Part shown: in pieces, positions 24,647 through 36,280 of the stretch
Position numbering within the stretch: position 1 is the stretch's first letter
How the letters are laid out: every line of letters begins with the position of its first letter
DNA from: Selaginella moellendorffii
Lineage: Eukaryota; Plantae; Lycopodiophyta
Direction: 5' to 3'
Assembly: GCF_000143415.4 (NCBI RefSeq)
Contig: NW_003314269.1
Coordinates: 3,539,969-3,603,968 of the forward strand
DNA: 64,000 nucleotides
The notes under the pieces: model-generated
The model's database searches: none
What the model saw: the letters and a program-made list of their open reading frames with translations, nothing else
What the model was told of the DNA's origin: nothing
Program-made: the position numbers and the translations under genes

Positions 24647-26361
24647 TGTAAGTGACTAATTTTTCCATTCTACTTTAGTCACTTAACCACACCTCCGACC
24701 ACTTGGAGGAGTCTCAATCACAACCTCCATAAGTCCAATTCAGGACTTGGGACTTACTAGCCCCGAGAATGGCATCCATGCCACTCAACATTTGCACTTG
24801 GTCCAAGTGCTCCTCGTGTCCGATCCCATNNNNNNNNNNNNNNNNNNNNNNNNNNNNNNNNNNNNNNNNNNNNNNNNNNNNNNNNNNNNNNNNNNNNNNN
24901 NNNNNNNNNNNNNNNNNNNNNNNNNNNNNNNNNNNNNNNNNNNNNNNNNNNNNNNNNNNNNNNNNNNNNNNNNNNNNNNNNNNNNNNNNNNNNNNNNNNN
25001 NNNNNNNNNNNNNNNNNNNNNNNNNNNNNNNNNNNNNNNNNNNNNNNNNNNNNNNNNNNNNNNNNNNNNNNNNNNNNNNNNNNNNNNNNNNNNNNNNNNN
25101 NNNNNNNNNNNNNNNNNNNNNNNNNNNNNNNNNNNNNNNNNNNNNNNNNNNNNNNNNNNNNNNGACTGTGTCCTTGGTCACTACCCCAGAGGACTGATCC
25201 TCTTCCTTTCCACAGTCTGGGCCTTTGGGACAACATTTCGAAACACCGTGGCCTTACGCGAGCCACCTGGGTACTCTCCCCGCCTTCCGCCTTTAGGTGC
25301 TCTAGCCATGGGCTTAGAGCGGGGTTCCGTTGAGCCACGACAGGTATCCAAGTAGGTAGTGCCACCCACACTTGGACTGGGAGCATCGGCCAGTCGATCT
25401 CCCGGGGGAACTAGAGCCGGCTCTTGAACACTTCACCAAGCTACCCCGTTTGTCGGTCCGTGTTCACTCTAGTCTTGGACTTCCCAATGGGCAGCTCATC
25501 ACCCAACACTGGGTCCGGCCTTCCTGGGCCAAACTAGCCTTTCCTGGCCAAACTGGCTCCACTGCAGTCCTCCTCCTACTATACTTTTGGAGCTCACCAA
25601 ACCCCCCAGGGTCTGGGAGACGAACGCTTTGAGCTTTCACCCTCTCAGACTCGAACTCGGACTCGGACTCGGACTTGGACTCGGACTCGGACTTGGACTC
25701 GGACTCGGACTCGGACTCGGACTCGGACTCGGACTCGGACTCGGCCTCGGCCTCGGTCTTGGTCTCAGTCCCGATCTCGGTCTCGGTCTCGGTCCCGGTC
25801 TCGGTCCCGGTCTCGGTCTCGACTTCGGACTCCATCTCGGGTCCATCTCGGACTCCATCTTGGGTCCATCTCGGACTCCATCTCGGGTCCATCTTGGGTC
25901 CATCTCAGACTCCATCTCGGGTCCATCTCAGACTCCATCTCAGGTCCATCTCAGACTCCATCTCGGTCCATCTCGGACTCCATCTCGGTTCCTTTCGGAC
26001 TCCATCTCGGTCCATCTCGGACTCCATCTCGGACTCCATATCGGACTCCATCTCGGACTCCATCTCGGACTCCATCTCGGACTCCATATCGGACTCCACT
26101 TCGGGTCCATCTCGGACTCCATCTCGGACACTTCCACGTGTCATGTGTTGGTCATTTTTGGGTCCCTTTTTGGAGCCTTGCTTATTGCTCGCTTCGTGCT
26201 CGCTCCTTGAGCACTTTGTTGGGAGTTCCACTCCCGTTCTCGACCTTTCAAGTCGGAGCTTTTAGTCCAAATGTGTTACGCTCGTTTGGCTTTCGCTTCG
26301 GCCACTACCACGTGGCGCCCTTTCGGCTCCACTTTGGGGCCTAGGGATTTTGTGTCTCACA
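24647..26361 (-). repeat. 3' LTR, family B (N gap at 24830-25163)
   Basis: Direct repeat of 30426-32147. Confidence 0.95.
25645..26130. repeat. Compound tandem array inside the LTR: (GACTCG)n / (GTCTCG)n, then 11-12-bp GGACTCCATCTC / GGGTCCATCTC units
   Basis: Visible directly. It explains the low-complexity ORFs in all six frames. Confidence 0.95.
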
Positions 26362-29300
26362 ACTCCACCACCCATAGACGAAGTTCGATGTCCTCATCGA
26401 ACGGTAAACCCTTTCATAAAATAACACCCGCATGTGTTACCATTTCCATCCTTGGCACCCAGCCAATATCTATATATGGTTTGACACCAAAGGCTCACCA
26501 TGCTTTGTCCATCCTCTAAGGAGCATAGCCTCTCTAACTTAGAGGCTCATTTGACCACTTGTGGTGGTTCTCTCTTTTTATTGGTTTAGTTCTCACTAAA
26601 CCTATTAGAGACACCTTCTCTAACTGGATCCCACTACTCGTTCTCGAGTGGTCTCACTTTCCAGTGCTATAACCCTTGCACTTTGGAATTTTGAATTCTA
26701 ACTTCTCAAAGTCAATTTCTTAGGTGTCTCCGACACCTTGCATTGCACATATTGTGCAACTCCACTTCCTCATCCTAGGAAGTTCTCCACTTGAGGGCAC
26801 CATCATCCTTTGTTCGATTTCATGCCACCTTTGGGCACTGAGTTCTAGTTATCATATTGTGTGCTAGGGCTGTCCACGGCCTTATCTTTTGGCTACTTTG
26901 CCGCTCCCTCACCGTGAGCTTTTACTTCGCCAAATTGGAGCACTTAGAAATCCATCCTTGGAAGTCCACTTCCTTTCCCACAAGCCGTTAGCATCAAACA
27001 CATTAGTGTTCCTTGGCTAACTTTGCCATTTGGATCCCTTCCATTTTAATTCCATAGCCCAAACTTGGCCACTAGTCCTTTGCTCCTATCCTTGATTGTT
27101 GCACCCAGCAACATAGGATCGCTACCTCCATTTTTGAAGTATCCTTTCGGTTCCATAGCAAAGACTTTTCTTTGCCAAGTCCGAAGGATGTTCACCCTTA
27201 GTACGTCTTTTTAGCATCTTCTGCTATGGGCTCTATCCACGGCCCAACTTCGTGACCCTCCCATGGGTCTCTTATAGAGACTATTTTCCTTGGACTCACT
27301 ATACCATTGCACGGACATAGTTTATTTCCCTTAGGTGCTCTTCCCACTTGGTCATCATGACCAAGCCACACCATCTTAAACAGTTCAATTTCAACATTTT
27401 GAACTAGGAACTTCATTCCTTAGCTAACCAAGGACCTTGTCCTTATTTGGCCATACGATCACCTAGTGATCTCACCTTGGCACCTTAACAGAGTTGCCAA
27501 GAGGTACTTGGTCTTCTAGACCTTCAAATTGTTGACTATAACCCCGGGGGCATCCCCCACACTTGGCGGTGCACCCAAGCCAGCCCTTACAGCCAAGGGT
27601 TCATAGCAACTGAGATTAGGTGTCCCCATCTCACTCACCACGTCCTTGGTGCCACTTGCACCAAAGCGTTCAAGTTAGATATGCCGAGCTTTCACACTAA
27701 GCAATTTAACCGTGCATCACGACTCCGAGGCATCCCTCGTTTGGCGGTGTGCCCAAACCAGTCTCCACACTGAGAGTCCATGACCACCGAAATATGAGTG
27801 TCCTCATATTCCAAACCATCACCACGCCCTAGTGATTTGGGACTCGAACCCAAGCATTAGAGGGTCAGGACTTGAACCCAACCTCCGTATATGCATCTAC
27901 GGACGGCATCAGCCAGGATGCCTGGCGTGACTCCCCACGCCGGTGCACCAACTTATACTCAAAGTGCGCTATAGATCACAGTTTAGGAACCTAGTTCCTC
28001 CCCACTGCCAAGTCCTCTCACTTGACAAGCCTGTGATCATGCATGGACTCTTCCATGCTTGGCCCCATAGCCCACCCTTTTTGAAGTTATCACCTTCAAC
28101 TAGGGTATTTGTTCCCCTGACTTGCCAATCTCGCTTTGGCAAGTCCTCCGACCACTGTAACATGGTTCCTGCACAAGCGTGAAAGCCCTTGATCATCGAC
28201 TTTCGTTCAAAGCCCTCTCTTTGAACACTCGGGAACTACTTCCCTAACCTTGATAGCCTTGCCTCATGGCAAGCTTCAAGACCACGCTTTTGCTGCGCCA
28301 CTCTGATTTCACACATTCCTTGAACCATTTACGCTTGGCCTTTCTAGGTACTAAGCTACCTAGAATCCTCTTTGGGAACCTTGAAGGAACTTTGTCCCTT
28401 AGCTTGCTAAGGCCTCCCTTTTTGCAAGCTTTCCAATTACCATATAGTCTAACATGGACAATTCCATATTTTAGACTCTCCATGGCATCACGGTTGCTAG
28501 CAGCAACACCCTCGAGCCCCCACTTGATTTTCCACTCCCAACTGGCATAACCAACCTTGGTTATGCCCTTCGATTCCTATGGTTCGGTTCTATCCCCTTA
28601 CTTCTTGCTTTTGGCTTCACACCTTTCCTTCGGTCATTCTCCTCCAGACTAGGAGGATAGCTTTGCACTTTCTATCATGCCTTAGCAAGTATTCTTAGGG
28701 ATGAACCTACCCGATAGCCTAGGGAGTGGTTCCTCAATCCAGATATGCTCACCCTATAATCCTACACACCGAGATTACGTTGTTGCTTACGGGCCTTTGC
28801 GTGCCCATTGCTAGTCTTGCCAAAATTCCATTTTTGGCTTTGTCCAATTCGAGTAGACAGTCTTCTCCTGTCTCCGCCACCTTGGACATTTGGATAGCAC
28901 CTACTATCCATCATTCGCTAGGGACTTAGTCCCTTGGGCCTTATCTACTGCCCTCGCGACATCAAACACCACCTCCTGGTGTTCTAGAGTGTTTGGGTGT
29001 CCCAATGACGGCTTCCTTGACAATGAGTATTTCCTTTTATGACATTGACTTACTATATCGCAACATAAACAACTTATCCCCCGTAAGGGTATATCCACTT
29101 CCCTATGCCATTAAGAAGGCTTGGGTAGCTACCTTCTACCCGTTTAACCAATTATTTTGCACCTCTTGCTTAGTTGCCTCATAGTTGTCAAGTCTTACAA
29201 CTCATTGCTAGTGCTTCCACACCTCCATCATTATCTGGGTCACCACACTCCAACTGCATGCTCTGCAGCTTAGGCTATGCCATTCTCATTTCTATTGGGA

Positions 29301-30425
29301 TTCCTTTGGCAAGGGGTTCTCATGAACCCACCAACATAGCCTCAAGGTATCACACCTTGGCACATTTGGTGTCTCCACACCATCAGCTCCACGAGCCTAC
29401 CTCTATGACAGTTCTTCTTTATGTCTAAGTCTTTGCCAAGACCAATACCACTCTTTCTCATGCCAACCATCCGTTAGCACTGCACCATAGAGGTCACACA
29501 CAACTTTGTGTCAAAGTTGTTTTCTTTTTGGGAACACCTTTCCCACGACTTTAGCATGGCACATTTTGCCATCGATGAGATACCCTCTATTCTCATCCTT
29601 GGATCCTATGATCCCCCCCCATCCTTCGTGGGGTACAACACACCTCAGTCCAAATGCTTCCATCAGTCCTTCTAGGACCATCCCTTGACTCTACTTGAGT
29701 CATCCAGCAGTTTTGGACTTGGTTAATCCACAGACCTATAAGGTTCTATTTGTGAGGCACTAGCTCACTGGAATACACTTATTGCATTCCTGTCCTACTC
29801 AAAAGGACTATTTTCACAAGTGTTACTTTGACACTTGATTTTGTTCTCTGGGGGCAACCTTTGCCCCTTAGGACTACTTGTCCATGTGATGAGAATACCA
29901 ACTCACCTCTAAGTACACCCCCAAACTCCTTAGGTTGTTCCAGCATTTATTAAAGGTAGCTCCGGCTACCATTTTAAGGACTTGAGTCCTCTTCCGTATT
30001 TGACCTCCCACGGTCATTACCTCTGGTCTTACATTCATGAGCACCAACCTCAACTATATGAGGATAATCTTGTGACTCCTTTATTGTTTTGGAGTCTACA
30101 TCTTTCCCGTGATCCCAACTATAGTTGTTTATCACAACTATGTTAGCCCGTTTGCCGCGTCAAACGCTCATTTGGATCACATCCTCAGCTCTCTGAGGAG
30201 ACCTTATACCGTTCCCAAGATCCCAAAGTCGTTCCATTATTAGCCCTTTTCTATCCACCACATCGTGCCCAAGTTCACGCATAAGCTTGAGTGGAGAGCC
30301 ATGTCCTCTCAACATGCTACTCCTCCAGGATAGGCCCACTCCTAGGACCTTCCGATGCCAACATCAATGGTGATATACTTGAGCACCAATAAAAGTTGGA
30401 CTAAGGAACAGCTCCGATACCAAAT

Positions 30426-32147
30426 TGTAAGTGACTAATATTTCCATTCTACTTTAGTCACTTAACCACACCTCCGACCACTTGGAGGAGTCTCAATCAC
30501 AACTTCCATAAGTCCAATTCAGGACTTGGGACTTGCTAGCCCCGAGAATGGCATCCATGCCACTCAACATTTGCACTTGGTCCAAGTGCTCCCCGTGTCC
30601 GATCCCACGACCGACACTCAAAGGTACCACCGACATGACAGCCTGTTACGCTAAGGCCATGCCCAATCACCTTTGCCACACTGGTAGTCCAATACCACTT
30701 GCATCACAGTCTTGGCTCTCCAAGACTAGGCAAACCATCCGTGAGTGGTCGTCTCAGATCCACTCCTTAGCATCCTTAGAATGCCCACCGACAAGGGGAA
30801 TAGCCTTCCCCAATATCCCTTTGTCAGTCCCCACTAAGTCCCTTTCTGCCCCTGGCCGTGTTTGCCGACACTGCCACTGGATCGAGGCCCACAGGCCCGA
30901 CCACTAAGTCCCACGGTCCTCTGGGACTTCCTCACCACACGACTGTGTCCTTGGTCACTACCCCAGAGGACTGCTCCTCTTCCTTTCCACAGCCTGGGCC
31001 TTTGGGACAACATTTCGAAACACCGTGGCCTTATGCGAGCCACCTGGGTACTCTCCCCGCCTTCCGCCTTTAGGTGCTCTAGCCATGGGCTTAGAGCGAG
31101 GTTCTGTTGAGCCACGACAGGTATCCAAGTAGGTAGTGCCACCCACACTTGGACTGGGAGCATTGGCTAGTCGATCTCCCGGGGGAACTAGAGCCGGCTC
31201 TTGAACACTTCACCAAGCTACCCCGTTTGTCGGTCCGTGTTCACTCTAGTCTTGGACTTCCCAATGGGCAGCTCATCACCCAACACTGGGTCCGGCCTTC
31301 CTGGGCCAAACTGGCCTTTCCTGGCCAAACTGGCTCCACTGCAGTCCTCCCCCTACTATACTTTTGGAGCTCACCAAACCCCCCAGGGTCTGGGAAACGA
31401 ACGCTTTGGGCTTTCACCCTCTCAGACTCGGACTCGGACTCAGACTCGGACTCGGACTCGGCCTCGGTCTTGGTCTCAGTCTTGGTCTCAGTCCCGATCT
31501 CGGTCTTAGTCTCGGTCTCGGTCTCGGTCCCGGTCTTGGTCCCGGTCTCGGTCTCGACTTCGGACTCCATCTCGGGTCCATCTCGGACTCCATCTCGGGT
31601 CCATCTCGGACTCCATCTCGGACTCCATCTTGGGTCCATCTCGGACTCCATCTCGGGTCCATCTCAGACTCCATCTCGGACTCCATCTCGGGTCCATCTC
31701 GGACTCCATCTCGGGTCCATCTCGGACTCCATCTCGGTCCATCTCGGACTCCATCTCGGACTCCATCTCGGGTCCATCTCGGACTCCATCTCGATCCATC
31801 TCGGACTCCATCTCGGGTCCATCTCGGACTCCATATTGGACTCCATCTCGGACTCCATATCGGACTCCACTTCGGGTCCATCTCGGACTCCATCTTGGAC
31901 TCCACTTCGGGTCCATCTCCCACGTGTCATGTGTTGGTCCTTTTTGGGTCCCTTTTTGGAGCCTTGCTTATTGCTCGCTTCGTGCTCGCTCCTTGAGCAC
32001 TTTGTTGGGAGTTCCACTCCCGTTCTCGACCTTTCAAGTCGGAGCTTTTAGTCCAAACGTGTTACGCTCATTTGGCTTTCGCTTCGGCCACTACCACGTG
32101 GCGCCCTTTCGGCTCCACTTTGGGGCCTAGAGATTTTGTGTCTCACA
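30426..32147 (-). repeat. 5' LTR, family B
   Basis: The PBS is adjacent on the inner side and the TSD on the outer side. Confidence 0.95.
31421..31920. repeat. Same compound tandem array in the other family-B LTR, with different unit counts
   Basis: Fewer hexamer units and more 11-12-mer units than at 25645-26130. Confidence 0.95.
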
Positions 32148-35147
32148 GTTGAGGCATTGACATTGCTAGCACTTGTGTTAGTGGAAGTGGCATTGTTATT
32201 CAAGTGATGAGGAATTTTCCTTAGCACTTGATTTTCCATATCATTTTTCTTGTTACTGTTTTGGCTTCACATTGGATCTTGAGAATAATTAAAATAGAGT
32301 GTTAGTGCAATGTGGATATCTGGAAATGTGATCTTCGTGATCAAGCTTTGGATGTTCACTTTGCATTTTGGCGGATGTCGGTGTTGGATGTCAGAAGTAT
32401 GGGCAAAAAGATGTCCAATGTTTAAGCATGTTATGGGTCTCGAGAATTTGTGTTGAGGTGAACCTATGTGAAGTTGTTGGTAGAAAGAAATTGGTTGAGT
32501 CTTGAAAGTTTGTATTCCTGGACTGAGAGTCATTCTTTCTCTAGGATGGAAATTTCCTACAAATTTTCTTAGACTTATCCAATGGCTGATCTATTAATCA
32601 CTTTGCTCGAAAACCATTCCGTTTTCGTAAGCCAGTAAAAACTAATGAAAGGGTTAGGGTTGACTTCAGTTAGCTTAAACTTTAGTAAGTAATTTGTATA
32701 ATGCGACCCAAAAGGGATGCTGACTTTTGGGGCTAAGGCAATTGAGTTGGATAGAGTCTGGAGTTAGTGTAGAAAAGTGGCCATTGCACTTTTCTAGAAA
32801 GGTGACCCTTGTGCCTTTCTTCTGTAGTGTTGTGCTTTGTGGCAGGTTGCACCTTGCATTTCATTAAACTTTATGAGAGTAGTGAGCTTTCACTAATTTT
32901 GACTTGGTCTTTGTAGCCCTGCGCCTTGGCTAAGGATGGTGATGTCCAACTTAATTGTTTGCAATTGAGACATTAGTACCTGTACTATAGCTTTGTTTAT
33001 GAGGAGGTTGTGTACCGATATGAGTCCATCTCATGGTCTTCACTTTAGTTCCAATTGAGTGTTGATTATGCATAGCTAGCCTCTTCAAGGCATGCTCAGA
33101 GCTGTTGGCTAAACATGTTTGTGAGCTTATCGTGGTTGAGTTGGATTCGAGTGGTCATTTAGTTCGTGCTTGTCCATGAATCTTTATCTCATGCTTAGGG
33201 TATTATGTTCATGTTGAAAAAGTGTATGACTTGATGACGTGAGTTTAGTGTTTGGGTCTTATAAAGACAAGTTGGAGAGTGATTGTTGGTTGCTCTGCAA
33301 CTAGTGACTGCTCGTAGACTTTGTCGAGGACTATTTGACACTTCCTTCACTTGAAGATGATTTAGCAATAATGGGCTTGCTTTATCGGATGGTGTTGCGG
33401 AGGATTGTGTCGTTAGACTTATATGGGTTTCCATATTGGCATGTTGATTCTACCTCTGTCGATATCATTTGGATACGTTTAGTCCGTAGTGTTGGATTTC
33501 ATTGAGTCTTAGATGTGATGATTCACTCCTTGATGTAGTGTTATCTATCGCTGAGTATTGTTGAAGAACTAGTCTCGGATACTGCGTATAGTATCTTTGA
33601 CCTTGGTTAGCTTAGTTGCTAGAGAGTTTTGAGTGGTGATTCACTCGTGCTTTCTTCTAGCTTTGTTATCATGTTAATGGCATTGAAGTGATGCCTTGTC
33701 ATTGACATTTCTGATGTTGAGATTCAAGTGAAATGAGATGTCTCTTCATAGGATTGACATTGAGATTTATTAGTCTTGATGAAGATAGTGTTGATGCTTG
33801 GCTATGGCTTTGTGTTATTGGCATTCGTGCATTGCTAATTAACAACTATGTGGGCGTTCAAACGAACTGAGTGGCAAGTTTGAGTTAGTTGCGTTTTAGA
33901 TGAGATTATTCAGTAGGGGTTAAGCTTTAACTTTTCCTTGAAAAGTGATTCAATCATGAACTATACTAACTTTACAAGATGAAGAGTTAGTGATCGATAT
34001 TAGAATATTGATCATTAATGATTCTTCTTGTGCTTGTTATGAAGTGAGTTATGTCTTGCTATAGATGGGTTCATGGAGGATCGATTCGATGATCACTTGT
34101 TGAGCATAGCTTTGTTATGTTTAGCTTTTGGATTGATGCAAATATACTCTTTATTAGCTTTGGCATTATGAAGTTTAGCTTCTGGATGTGTTGAGGAGGA
34201 TACTATGGGTTATACCATGATATCTTCTTTAGCATTGAAGTTAGTTGATGTGAGGCCTGTGATCATTCTTAGACAAGACTTGGCTATAAACTTTTTTGAG
34301 CTTTTGTTTTTTTTAAGTTTTATGCTTATTGTTCCATTTGTTAGGAGTTGTTGGGGAAGGCATTTTAGCTCATTAGCTTTGATGTTGAAATTAGTATTTG
34401 CATCTGGCAATCATTGGTGATAGTTGACTATCATCTAAAATAGTTAATTATCCTTATCAAAGGTTTTGCTTGATTATTATTGGTATAGAATGATTTGTTG
34501 TTCTTCGGGATGGTAGATTCTTTCTTCAATGATGATTAGGCATCACTACATTAATGGGATGATTGATGATTCTTCATGATAGTTAGTTATTCTCTTTGAT
34601 GGCTTATGGCTTTTCGCAATACCACATGTTCTTTGTGGTTTGCTTTGGATTGGTCTCTTGGGTTTGAGACATCAGTAGGATGTTGCTCACACTTGCTTAG
34701 GCAACTTGAGTTCCTTGGTGTTGTTGGCTGGGATCTATTCGGATTGGCTAATGTGATAGTTAGCATGAATGAGTGTTTGTTGGTCTTGCCACATTCATTC
34801 TGTTCTGTTGATTATTGCTCGAGTTAGTTTTGATAGATTAGGATGTTATTTCCTTCGGGTGATACATTCGCGAGCAATGTGCTTGTCAGTCGATGATACT
34901 TTGTGTTCTTTGAGTTATCTTTAGTAAGTTGTTGGTTTACTGTCTGCTATCTTCGGTAGTTAAGTTTTCTCATTGAGTTTACTTGATGATATACTTGCTA
35001 TTGAATTTTGTTAGATGGTGAATCCTATGTTTTCCACATATTGTGATCTTGGTGGTTCCTATACTCTAATACTGGTTTATCGGATGATAACTTTCTTGGA
35101 ATACTTTTGTGTTCTAATCTAAGATATATTCACTGATAATTAAGTCT

Positions 35148-35171
35148 AAGCTCTATTTCGTTAAAGTGGGA
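35148..35171 (+). repeat. Left TIR
   Basis: Exact reverse complement of 48526-48549. Confidence 0.97.
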
Positions 35172-35807
35172 TTTATTCAGTAAAATGGGACTAGGTACAA
35201 ATTTTCAAGTATTTGAAAATGACGTGAAATTATATGTTTTTTGTCCAGGGGCTAGACATATCTGGGGCATGGTGACTAGCGCGGTGACCTTATGTCCAGA
35301 CTGAGTCCATCTAGTTGTATAATAAATCTCATTGTCAAGGTGAACAAGCCGAATCTGAAGCTAAAGAAGAGCGATGGCATGCGCACACACACTATTTGTT
35401 TGTTCATTGAGCGTGTGGTGAGCTTTCCAAGATGAACATCATTCCTATTAGCCAGACATATAACTTAATGGTGAGAACATTTAGATATTATTCAATGTTA
35501 TCTTTTTCTAACGAATCTAATTGTGAAGGTGTAGCAAGAGGCATTGCTAGTCTGGAGAAGTCATTTAACTCATTTGACCCTTAGTGTATTTTCATGAAAC
35601 TAAATAACATTCATATTATTAAGGAATTTCTCTAGTACCTTTTTTTTACGACATAGAGGCTTGCATTTCTTTCAAAGGTGATTTAGTAAAAGGCCTGAGG
35701 GCACATGCCATTCTATTTCTCAGACCGGTATTAAGATATACTAGTGCAAAGGGAAAAAGGTATTTGGTGATCAAGTAAATGGCATGAGGGCACACGCCAT
35801 TATAAGC

Positions 35808-36080
35808 CTAAGCGCTAGTGGACACCTCCTTTTTGGTACTCTCAGCGGTACTATCATCCTTCTCCGGGTCAGTTGTTTTGCTTTGGATTGTTGTCTCTGA
35901 CGTTACTGGGGCGTTCTCGATAGTTGTTAATGTTGCCGTTTATTCAGAAAAATGATCACCTGGAGTATAGTACGGGGAGTTTGGAAGACTTATATATTCT
36001 ACATCTTCACCTATCTCCTTCTCCGTCTCCTTTTCTGCCTCACTTATAGATTTTGTGCTTGCCATGAGAACGCTCTTCAC
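35808..36080 (-). pseudogene. Small acidic Ser/Thr-rich ORF or exon downstream of the transposase
   Basis: Open for 90 aa in copy 2 (63715-63987) but has an internal stop here. It is preceded by a TTTTAG acceptor-like site. Confidence 0.35.
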
Positions 36081-36280
36081 CCTAAAATATGGAGTTCGTT
36101 GTGTTATAAAAGGAAACCAACACACAGGCTGCAAGGGAATGATGGTACATAAAGCACGTAAGCCCACAATATGGGTTTATGTGCCATTAATATGGGCCAC
36201 ACGCCATATTATTAGATTTATGCACGTGTGATTGGTAAATGCATATGTCACATCATCTTTGTTTTACCTCACACACTATA

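Larger units (their letters stand above)
24647..32147 (-). mobile_element. Nested family-B LTR retroelement with a non-coding ~4-kb interior
   Basis: LTRs at 24647-26361 and 30426-32147 (TGTAAGTGACT...TGTCTCACA). TSD GTTGA at 24642-24646 and 32148-32152. Minus-strand PBS TGGTATCGGAGC at 30411-30422 and PPT-like GGGTGGTGGAGT at 26362-26373. The empty site is seen near 855-880. Confidence 0.95.

Noticed and set aside
27838-27885. Two GGTTCRAGTCC B-box/T-arm-like motifs on the minus strand (also GGGTTCGATTC near 23498)
   Set aside because: No A-box or cloverleaf could be built, so no tRNA or SINE is called.
25464-32130. Many long overlapping ORFs (SDSDS, GLHLG, PRWSP repeats)
   Set aside because: They arise from stop-free tandem repeats in the family-B LTRs and are open in all six frames.
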